Below are positions 25,701 through 37,700 of a stretch of DNA of 64,000 nucleotides, one piece after another. A program made the position numbers and the translations under genes. The stretch spans positions 744,001 through 808,000 of the forward strand of contig CP060761.1 of the NCBI GenBank assembly GCA_023205875.1. The letters run 5' to 3'. Under the pieces are notes generated by a model. The model was not told the origin of the DNA, searched no databases, and saw only the letters and a list, made by a program, of their open reading frames with translations. This DNA is from Chloropicon primus. Taxonomy: Eukaryota. Every line of letters begins with the position of its first letter. The stretch's first letter is position 1.

Positions 25701-28700
25701 TCACTGGAGGATGAGGTCACACTGTCCATCAAGTGCAAAGATGACTCCAAAGAACCTACACCTTGCAAAGCGTGTTCATCTTCAAAGCTCGGCTGGCATG
25801 GAACAAGCTTACCTTGTCCTGCACTGCCTGACTGACCCAGGTAAAGACGCGCACCGTCCAACACTTCATGGTGTTCTGTGGAGGTGCTGCTATCGACCGT
25901 GTCAAGATTGTGTGCGCTGCAAGTCATGTGTGGACTGTTGGTTCCCTCTTCTTTTGACCTTACCAGAACATTGCCAGACGACAAGGCCACCTCACACTGA
26001 ACCACGCCAGAAGAGACTGCTTCACCTGACAAGGCCAGCGTTGATGTAAACAACACACGCACAAGCCAGGGCCTGCTGTCGCTGTTGGCATGCAACATTT
26101 CCATGGTCTTTGCAGCCATGGCCACAAAAGCAGAAGCGCAAAGCACTTGTCGGCCACAAACATCATACTCGTTCAAGGAAGCCAACAGAGGGTGGCCAAT
26201 CAAGCAAGTCTCCACCGTCGCTGTATTGGTGGATCTTGACGAAAGAACGAACTGTTCTACCAATAAGGAGCGTTGGTGGGATACAATCCAGCAACGCACG
26301 CCCTTCCAAGTAGAGCTCATGCTCCTACGGTCCTTGTGACTCGCGTTCAACAAAGAACCGTTTGATGGAGTCAACAAGGCATGTGCATTTGTTCCTTGGA
26401 AGGCAAAGCCACTTGCTCCATACACACTCTGGACACCTGACTCCGAATCGGAACACTCAGCAGAGGAATAGCGTGGCAGTTGCACTGATTTGCCTCCCTT
26501 TTGTGCTTGAGCCTCCAAAACATTGACCACAAGAGGATTCACGTCCCGCAGATGCAGGAGTGGGCTCTGTGTGCCCATCACAAGGGGACCAAACAATTGT
26601 AGAATCCCAGACAGACCAGCAGCGGCCTCGGAGTGACCAACACAAGACTTCACAGCAGAAAGGGCAGAGTGGAGTTTGTGACTTGGTGCCTCCAAGCAAC
26701 ACTGCGCTCAGGGCACCCACTTCAACTGGGTCGCCCAAAGACGTGCCTGTTCCATGCATTTGCAAGCCAAATACATCTTCGGGAGATAAGTGTGCACTCT
26801 GCAGGGCTCTTTGCAGAACCATCTGCTGCGATGGACCGTTTGGAGCTGTCAAGGAACTGGATCTGCCATCTTGATTCACAGCACTGCCCACCATGGACAC
26901 GCAATGTGCATCTGCCATGGCCTCAGAAGTTCCATCGACAATAACACTCTGGCAAGCTTCTGCACGGACATAGCCATCTGCACTTTGATCCAATGTCTTA
27001 CACCTACCATCAGCAGAAAGCATACTCGCAATGCTTGCAACTACAAGGGATACGCTGGCGAGCATCAAATTCACACCACATGCCATACTGATTGGAGCTG
27101 ACATGGTCATCGCTGATTGCCAGGCCATAAACAAGCCTACAAGAGATGATGAGCATGCTGTATCTATGCTCACACACGGACCTTGCAGTCCATACTTGTA
27201 AGACAAACGACCAGCTGCTACACTGAAAGCACTACCTGTTGCCATCAATGGACTGAGTGGCATGTTGTGGTCCTTCATCAGACCATTGTATTCCATGTGC
27301 TCAATACCAACATAGACACCCATCTTCTCTCGACGACGCTGGATGTTGCTTGAGTCCTGAGCATCATTCAGTACGCAACTTTGCATAGACTCCCAACTCA
27401 CTTGCAGAAGCAATCTCTGCTGAGGATCACACAGCGAAGCTTCGGTCACTGACATTCCAAAACAAGCAGTGTCGAACGTGGAAACGTCCTTCAAAAGACC
27501 TGCAAATCGTGCTGTTAGCTGACCACTTGGCATCATTGCTTCACTTCGCTCAAGATCCCAACGTCCAAATGGAACAGACGTTATGGCATCACCTATACCG
27601 GCACCAGGCTTCATCGTCGTTGCAACAGGAAGGAGTGCACTGAAACTATTTAGAGCGACACACCTTGTGACTCCCATCTCTGCACTTGGAAGAACCTCGT
27701 GTAGTTCCTGCACACTCTTGCCTTCTTGGAGGCCCAACTCACCACAAATGAAAGTGGTCAAAGCATTGATGCTGGGATAGTCCAGGATCACAGTGCTTGG
27801 CAGTTGGACTCCAACAGAAGACGAAATAGTGTTGCGCAACTCCACAACACCAAGGGAATCAAGGCCAGCCTCCATCAATGGCACATCGTCCCCAAAGTCA
27901 AGTCCTGAAATATTTGTCAGTGCTCTTGAAATGGATTCTTGGATATTCTTTCTCTCAACAGCGGAGGAATGGACGTTAGGGGCAGCAACTGGAACAACTG
28001 GAACAACAGCTTCAGGGGTCACCGACACTTGGCCAAGCACATAGGGTTTGCCCTGAACAAGGGACGAAAACAAATTCCAGTAGTTGGGACTTGTGTAAAT
28101 CAAGTTGCAGGTATACCTGGGAGCACCAACGACCGTTGAAAGAACATTCAGACCTGATGTCGGCAATATGATTCCAAAATCTTTGGATAGACGAGCAAGT
28201 CTCTCTTTTGATACTTTCTCTCCCTGTGTAACCATACCAATAGACCCCCAAACGCCCCATTGGAAGTTCATGCTTGGGAGGCCGCACAATTGAGTAGATT
28301 TGCACACAAAATCAAGAGCCGCATTGGATGCGGAATAGGATGTGTACTTTGGATTTCCAAGGGCAGATGCAAGTGAAGAGAAGTGCACAGTCGCACCTAG
28401 TGCAGCTGACCAAGATCCTGCTTGAATCCATTGAGCTCCTCTCAGCTTGGGTGACAAGGATCCACGCATGTGAGATGGAGACTGGTTGCCCAAAATAGCA
28501 TCAATCAGCACACCAGCAGCATGGACCACCATGCCCAGCGGATAGAGGTCATCGCATCTCTCCATCATCCACCAAGATGCTTCTTCCCGCACCGAGACAT
28601 CACATCTTGCCATGGACACACTCATATCTCCAGCACGGAGTTCTTCTGGGCATGTCCTTGACTTTCCTGTGCGTCCAAGCAATCCTAGGGAAGAACCTAA

Positions 28701-31700
28701 GGACGATCTCACACACCAGCCACCAACCATTTGACCAATGCCGCTCAAGCCACCAGTCACGACATGGCGCCTTCCCTTCCCAAGATGGTGGGAACTATTC
28801 ATGACAGCGTGTGTCTGCGTAGTATCTCTCTGCAAGGTCAATTGAGGCAGGTACAAACTGCCGTTGTCCATGCTGCAGCCAAACACATCCACGGTTACAT
28901 CCATGGCATAGCTCTTTGAGCTGAACTGCAAACCACGGGCGGAAGCGCTTGGGTGTAAAGGACTCGTGTCAACGCCACCACACTGGACGCTGGTGCACTC
29001 AAGAGCTATGCAGCGCAACATGGCCCAAGACATGTATCCACTGGCTCCGTGATCCTTGTGAAGTCCCGCGGGACTTGCAGATGTGTCCAAGGAACCGGAA
29101 CTGTGCATCCAAAGTGCGTCCGTGCCCTTCTCAACGAGATCCTGCATACCTGCAAGGATATGATGCGGGCAGATTGCACTCTCTTCCACATGAAGCTGTG
29201 TTGCAGGTTCTGAAGCCGTCAAAACATCCGAGGATACAACAGGTGTTTGAGCATACCAACAGATGTTGTACAATTTGCAGGCATCCAAGATGTCGCGAGA
29301 AGACGAGACTCCACCGACCGTAGGGATGGAAATATCTTCTTGCTGCTGATCACACGGAAGCTCAACTTGTCCACAAGGCATGGGGATGCGTCAATCTGAG
29401 AGGACTGAGTTACTCTTCCTACTTCAGTTGCACTACCCACCGCATGCAGACTCACTCCAAGGCTTGAAGTGCTCAGAATGCACGCCTCAACAGATGCTGG
29501 AATGCGAGCTTGCAATTCAAAGCCATCACTGGAGGATGAGGTCACACTGTCCATCAAGTGCAAAGATGACTCCAAAGAACCTACACCTTGCAAAGCGTGT
29601 TCATCTTCAAAGCTCGGCTGGCATGGAACAAGCTTACCTTGTCCTGCACTGCCTGACTGACCCAGGTAAAGACGCGCACCGTCCAACACTTCATGGTGTT
29701 CTGTGGAGGTGCTGCTATCGACCGTGTCAAGATTGTGTGCGCTGCAAGTCATGTGTGGACTGTTGGTTCCCTCTTCTTTTGACCTTACCAGAACATTGCC
29801 AGACGACAAGGCCACCTCACACTGAACCACGCCAGAAGAGACTGCTTCACCTGACAAGGCCAGCGTTGATGTAAACAACACACGCACAAGCCAGGGCCTG
29901 CTGTCGCTGTTGGCATGCAACATTTCCATGGTCTTTGCAGCCATGGCCACAAAAGCAGAAGCGCAAAGCACTTGTCGGCCACAAACATCATACTCGTTCA
30001 AGGAAGCCAACAGAGGGTGGCCAATCAAGCAAGTCTCCACCGTCGCTGTATTGGTGGATCTTGACGAAAGAACGAACTGTTCTACCAATAAGGAGCGTTG
30101 GTGGGATACAATCCAGCAACGCACGCCCTTCCAAGTAGAGCTCATGCTCCTACGGTCCTTGTGACTCGCGTTCAACAAAGAACCGTTTGATGGAGTCAAC
30201 AAGGCATGTGCATTTGTTCCTTGGAAGGCAAAGCCACTTGCTCCATACACACTCTGGACACCTGACTCCGAATCGGAACACTCAGCAGAGGAATAGCGTG
30301 GCAGTTGCACTGATTTGCCTCCCTTTTGTGCTTGAGCCTCCAAAACATTGACCACAAGAGGATTCACGTCCCGCAGATGCAGGAGTGGGCTCTGTGTGCC
30401 CATCACAAGGGGACCAAACAATTGTAGAATCCCAGACAGACCAGCAGCGGCCTCGGAGTGACCAACACAAGACTTCACAGCAGAAAGGGCAAGTGGAGTT
30501 TGTGACTTGGTGCCTCCAAGCAACACTGCGCTCAGGGCACCCACTTCAACTGGGTCGCCCAAAGACGTGCCTGTTCCATGCATTTGCAAGCCAAATACAT
30601 CTTCGGGAGATAAGTGTGCACTCTGCAGGGCTCTTTGCAGAACCATCTGCTGCGATGGACCGTTTGGAGCTGTCAAGGAACTGGATCTGCCATCTTGATT
30701 CACAGCACTGCCCACCATGGACACGCAATGTGCATCTGCCATGGCTTCAGAAGTTCCATCGACAATAACACTCTGGCAAGCTTCTGCGCGGACATAGCCA
30801 TCTGCACTTTGATCCAATGTCTTACACCTACCATCAGCAGAAAGCATACTCGCAATGCTTACGACGACAAGAGACGTGCTGGCAAGCATCAAATTCACAC
30901 CACATGCCATACTGATTGGAGCTGACATGGTCATCGCTGATTGCCAGGCCATAAACAAGCCTACAAGAGATGATGAGCATGCTGTATCTATGCTCACACA
31001 CGGACCTTGCAGTCCATACTTGTAAGACAAACGACCAGCTGCTACACTGAAAGCACTACCTGTTGCCATCAATGGACTGAGTGGCATGTTGTGGTCCTTC
31101 ATCAGACCATTGTATTCCATGTGCTCAATACCAACATAGACACCCATCTTCTCTCGACGACGCTGGATGTTGCTTGAGTCCTGAGCATCATTCAGTACGC
31201 AACTTTGCATAGACTCCCAACTCACTTGCAGAAGCAATCTCTGCTGAGGATCACACAGCGAAGCTTCGGTCACTGACATTCCAAAACAAGCAGTGTCGAA
31301 CGTGGAAACGTCCTTCAAAAGACCTGCAAATCGTGCTGTTAGCTGACCACTTGGCATCATTGCTTCACTTCGCTCAAGATCCCAACGTCCAAATGGAACA
31401 GACGTTATGGCATCACCTATACCGGCACCAGGCTTCATCGTCGTTGCAACAGGAAGGAGTGCACTGAAACTATTTAGAGCGACACACCTTGTGACTCCCA
31501 TCTCTGCACTTGGAAGAACCTCGTGTAGTTCCTGCACACTCTTGCCTTCTTGGAGGCCCAACTCACCACAAATGAAAGTGGTCAAAGCATTGATGCTGGG
31601 ATAGTCCAGGATCACAGTGCTTGGCAGTTGGACTCCAACAGAAGACGAAATAGTGTTGCGCAACTCCACAACACCAAGGGAATCAAGACCAGCCTCCATC

Positions 31701-34700
31701 AACGGTGTGTTGATATCAATATCTTGCTGGAGTAGTCGCTGTACAGATTGAGATACTTGTTCAATGATTGGTTGCACCTCGTGTTGGGATCTCACTACAC
31801 GCTTTTCTTGGTGTGGTTTTGGAATCCCATCTACAATGCTCGCTGGACATATCTGCTTGAAGAAAGAGGGGCACTTTGTACTTGAGCTTAAGACGTTGCT
31901 CCAGAATGCAGCTTGGTTTGCACATACAGTACCTTCTTCCTTCATGTGTAAACAAGAGGATAGAATTGAGAGACCAGAATCAGGGCTGATCGCTGCTAGT
32001 CCCATACTTTCAAACCTTTTTGACACAACCTTGTTAGAGGCCATACCAACTGCCTTCCAAATACCCCACTGGATGGCCAAAGAAGCAATACCAGACATTT
32101 TCTGTCTGTTACTCATCATCTCCAAGCCTGAATTCGAGCAAGCATAGTTAATCTGACCAGGACTTCCAACCAAAGAAGAAATGGATGAGAAGTGCACAGT
32201 CGCACCTAGTGCAGCTGACCAAGATCCTGCTTGAATCCATTGAGCTCCTCTCAGCTTGGGTGACAAGGATCCACGCATGTGAGATGGAGACTGGTTGCCC
32301 AAAATAGCATCAATCAGCACACCAGCAGCATGGACCACCATGCCCAGCGGATAGAGGTCATCGCATCTCTCCATCATCCACCAAGATGCTTCTTCCCGCA
32401 CCGAGACATCACATCTTGCCATGGACACACTCATATCTCCAGCACGGAGTTCTTCTGGGCATGTCCTTGACTTTCCTGTGCGTCCAAGCAATCCTAGGGA
32501 AGAACCTAAGGACGATCTCACACACCAGCCACCAACCATTTGACCAATGCCGCTCAAGCCACCAGTCACGACATGGCGCCTTCCCTTCCCAAGATGGTGG
32601 GAACTATTCATGACAGCGTGTGTCTGCGTAGTATCTCTCTGCAAGGTCAATTGAGGCAGGTACAAACTGCCGTTGTCCATGCTGCAGCCAAACACATCCA
32701 CGGTTACATCCATGGCATAGCTCTTTGAGCTGAACTGCAAACCACGGGCGGAAGCGCTTGGGTGTAAAGGACTCGTGTCAACGCCACCACACTGGACGCT
32801 GGTGCACTCAAGAGCTATGCTACGCAACATGGCCCAAGACATGTATCCACTGGCTCCGTGATCCTTGTGAAGTCCCGCGGGACTTGCAGATGTGTCCAAG
32901 GAACCGGAACTGTGCATCCAAAGTGCGTCCGTGCCCTTCTCAACGAGATCCTGCATACCTGCAAGGATATGATGCGGGCAGATTGCACTCTCTTCCACAT
33001 GAAGCTGTGTTGCAGGTTCTGAAGCCGTCAAAACATCCGAGGATACAACAGGTGTTTGAGCATACCAACAGATGTTGTACAATTTGCAGGCATCCAAGAT
33101 GTCGCGAGAAGACGAGACTCCACCGACCGTAGGGATGGAAATATCTTCTTTGCTGCTGATCACACGGAAGCTCAACTTGTCCACAAGGCATGGGGATGCG
33201 TCAATCTGAGAGGACTGAGTTACTCTTCCTACTTCAGTTGCACTACCCACCGCATGCAGACTCACTCCAAGGCTTGAAGTGCTCAGAATGCACGCCTCAA
33301 CAGATGCTGGAATGCGAGCTTGCAATTCAAAGCCATCACTGGAGGATGAGGTCACACTGTCCATCAAGTGCAAAGATGACTCCAAAGAACCTACACCTTG
33401 CAAAGCGTGTTCATCTTCAAAGCTCGGCTGGCATGGAACAAGCTTACCTTGTCCTGCACTGCCTGACTGACCCAGGTAAAGACGCGCACCGTCCAACACT
33501 TCATGGTGTTCTGTGGAGGTGCTGCTATCGACCGTGTCAAGATTGTGTGCGCTGCAAGTCATGTGTGGACTGTTGGTTCCCTCATCTTTTGACCTTACCA
33601 GAACATTGCCAGACGACAAGGCCACCTCACACTGAACCACGCCAGAAGAGACTGCTTCACCTGACAAGGCCAGCGTTGATGTAAACAACACACGCACAAG
33701 CCAGGGCCTGCTGTCGCTGTTGGCATGCAACATTTCCATGGTCTTTGCAGCCATGGCCACAAAAGCAGAAGCGCAAAGCACTTGTCGGCCACAAACATCA
33801 TACTCGTTCAAGGAAGCCAACAGAGGGTGGCCAATCAAGCAAGTCTCCACCGTCGCTGTATTGGTGGATCTTGACGAAAGAACGAACTGTTCTACCAACA
33901 AGGAGCGTTGGTGGGATACAATCCAGCAACGCACGCCCTTCCAAGTAGAGCTCATGCTCCTACGGTCCTTGTGACTCGCGTTCAACAAAGAACCGTTTGA
34001 TGGAGTCAACAAGGCATGTGCATTTGTTCCTTGGAAGGCAAAGCCACTTGCTCCATACACACTCTGGACACCTGACTCCGAATCGGAACACTCAGCAGAG
34101 GAATAGCGTGGCAGTTGCACTGATTTGCCTCCCTTTTGTGCTTGAGCCTCCAAAACATTGACCACAAGAGGATTCACGTCCCGCAGATGCAGGAGTGGGC
34201 TCTGTGTGCCCATCACAAGGGGACCAAACAATTGTAGAATCCCAGACAGACCAGCAGCGGCCTCGGAGTGACCAACACAAGACTTCACAGCAGAAAGGGC
34301 AAGTGGAGTTTGTGACTTGGTGCCTCCAAGCAACACTGCGCTCAGGGCACCCACTTCAACTGGGTCGCCCAAAGACGTGCCTGTTCCATGCATTTGCAAG
34401 CCAAATACATCTTCGGGAGATAAGTGTGCACTCTGCAGGGCTCTTTGCAGAACCATCTGCTGCGATGGACCGTTTGGAGCTGTCAAGGAACTGGATCTGC
34501 CATCTTGATTCACAGCACTGCCCATCATGGACACGCAATGTGCATCTGCCATGGCCTCAGAAGTTCCATCGACAATAACACTCTGGCAAGCTTCTGCACG
34601 AACATAGCCATCTGCACTTTGATCCAATGTCTTACACCTACCATCAGCAGAAAGCATACTCGCAATGCTTATGACGACAAGAGATGTGCTGGCAAGCATC

Positions 34701-37700
34701 AAATTCACACCACATGCCATACTGATTGGAGCTGACATGGTCATCGCTGATTGCCAGGCCATAAACAAGCCTACAAGAGATGATGAGCATGCTGTATCTA
34801 TGCTCACACACGGACCTTGCAGTCCATACTTGTAAGACAAACGACCAGCTGCTACACTGAAAGCATTACCTGTTGTCATCAATGGACTGAGTGGCATGTT
34901 GTGGTCCTTCATCAGACCATTGTATTCCATGTGCTCAATACCAACATAGACACCCATCTTCTCTCGACGACGCTGGATGTTGCTTGAGTCCTGAGCATCA
35001 TTCAGTACGCAACTTTGCATAGACTCCCAACTCACTTGCAGAAGCAATCTCTGCTGAGGATCACACAGCGAAGCTTCGGTCACTGACATTCCAAAACAAG
35101 CAGTGTCGAACGTGGAAACGTCCTTCAAAAGACCTGCAAATCGTGCTGTTAGCTGACCACTTGGCATCATTGCTTCACTTCGCTCAAGATCCCAACGTCC
35201 AAATGGAACAGACGTTATGGCATCACCTATACCGGCACCAGGCTTCATCGTCGTTGCAACAGGAAGGAGTGCACTGAAACTATTTAGAGCGACACACCTT
35301 GTGACTCCCATCTCTGCACTTGGAAGAACCTCGTGTAGTTCCTGCACACTCTTGCCTTCTTGGAGGCCCAACTCACCACAAATGAAAGTGGTCAAAGCAT
35401 TGATGCTGGGATAGTCCAGGATCACAGTGCTTGGCAGTTGGACTCCAACAGAAGACGAAATAGTGTTGCGCAACTCCACAACACCAAGGGAATCAAGACC
35501 AGCCTCCATCAACGGTGTGTTGATATCAATATCTTGCTGGAGTAGTCGCTGTACAGATTGAGATACTTGTTCAATGATTGGTTGCACCTCGTGTTGGGAT
35601 CTCACTACACGCTTTTCTTGGTGTGGTTTTGGAATCCCATCTACAATGCTCGCTGGACATATCTGCTTGAAGAAAGAGGGGCACTTTGTACTTGAGCTTA
35701 AGACGTTGCTCCAGAATGCAGCTTGGTTTGCACATACAGTACCTTCTTCCTTCATGTGTAAACAAGAGGATAGAATTGAGAGACCAGAATCAGGGCTGAT
35801 CGCTGCTAGTCCCATACTTTCAAACCTTTTGACACAACCTTGTTAGAGGCCATACCAACTGCCTTCCAAATACCCCACTGGATGGCCAAAGAAGCAATAC
35901 CAGACATTTTCTGTCTGTTACTCATCATCTCCAAGCCTGAATTCGAGCAAGCATAGTTAATCTGACCAGGACTTCCAACCAAAGAAGAAATGGATGAGAA
36001 GTGCACAGTCGCACCTAGTGCAGCTGACCAAGATCCTGCTTGAATCCATTGAGCTCCTCTCAGCTTGGGTGACAAGGATCCACGCATGTGAGATGGAGAC
36101 TGGTTGCCCAAAATAGCATCAATCAGCACACCAGCAGCATGGACCACCATGCCCAGCGGATAGAGGTCATCGCATCTCTCCATCATCCACCAAGATGCTT
36201 CTTCCCGCACCGAGACATCACATCTTGCCATGGACACACTCATATCTCCAGCACGGAGTTCTTCTGGGCATGTCCTTGACTTTCCTGTGCGTCCAAGCAA
36301 TCCTAGGGAAGAACCTAAGGACGATCTCACACACCAGCCACCAACCATTTGACCAATGCCGCTCAAGCCACCAGTCACGACATGGCGCCTTCCCTTCCCA
36401 AGATGGTGGGAACTATTCATGACAGCGTGTGTCTGCGTAGTATCTCTCTGCAAGGTCAATTGAGGCAGGTACAAACTGCCGTTGTCCATGCTGCAGCCAA
36501 ACACATCCACGGTTACATCCATGGCATAGCTCTTTGAGCTGAACTGCAAACCACGGGCGGAAGCGCTTGGGTGTAAAGGACTCGTGTCAACGCCACCACA
36601 CTGGACGCTGGTGCACTCAAGAGCTATGCTACGCAACATGGCCCAAGACATGTATCCACTGGCTCCGTGATCCTTGTGAAGTCCCGCGGGACTTGCAGAT
36701 GTGTCCAAGGAACCGGAACTGTGCATCCAAAGTGCGTCCGTGCCCTTCTCAACGAGATCCTGCATACCTGCAAGGATATGATGCGGGCAGATTGCACTCT
36801 CTTCCACATGAAGCTGTGTTGCAGGTTCTGAAGCCGTCAAAACATCCGAGGATACAACAGGTGTTTGAGCATACCAACAGATGTTGTACAATTTGCAGGC
36901 ATCCAAGATGTCGCGAGAAGACGAGACTCCACCGACCGTAGGGATGGAAATATCTTCTTTGCTGCTGATCACACGGAAGCTCAACTTGTCCACAAGGCAT
37001 GGGGATGCGTCAATCTGAGAGGACTGAGTTACTCTTCCTACTTCAGTTGCACTACCCACCGCATGCAGACTCACTCCAAGGCTTGAAGTGCTCAGAATGC
37101 ACGCCTCAACAGATGCTGGAATGCGAGCTTGCAATTCAAAGCCATCACTGGAGGATGAGGTCACACTGTCCATCAAGTGCAAAGATGACTCCAAAGAACC
37201 TACACCTTGCAAAGCGTGTTCATCTTCAAAGCTCGGCTGGCATGGAACAAGCTTACCTTGTCCTGCACTGCCTGACTGACCCAGGTAAAGACGCGCACCG
37301 TCCAACACTTCATGGTGTTCTGTGGAGGTGCTGCTATCGACCGTGTCGAGATTGTGTGCGCTGCAAGTCATGTGTGGACTGTTGGTTCCCTCATCTTTTG
37401 ACCTTACCAGAACATTGCCAGACGACAAGGCCACCTCACACTGAACCACGCCAGAAGAGACTGCTTCACCTGACAAGGCCAGCGTTGATGTAAACAACAC
37501 ATGCACAAGCCAGGGCCTGCTGTCGCTGTTGGCATGCAACATTTCCATGGTCTTTGCAGCCATGGCCACAAAAGCAGAAGCGCAAAGCACTTGTCGGCCA
37601 CAAACATCATACTCGTTCAAGGAAGCCAACAGAGGGTGGCCAATCAAGCAAGTCTCCACCGTCGCTGTATTGGTGGATCTTGACGAAAGAACGAACTGTT

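Noticed and set aside
16728..35815. Reading the ORF segments as separate PKS genes or as a pseudogene
   Set aside because: Breaks fall mid-domain, are 1-nt differences from sibling copies, and no in-frame nonsense decay was seen; sequence error is more parsimonious, though unproven.
16749..35830. Introns explaining the frame changes
   Set aside because: There is no extra sequence relative to intact copies, only single-base differences.
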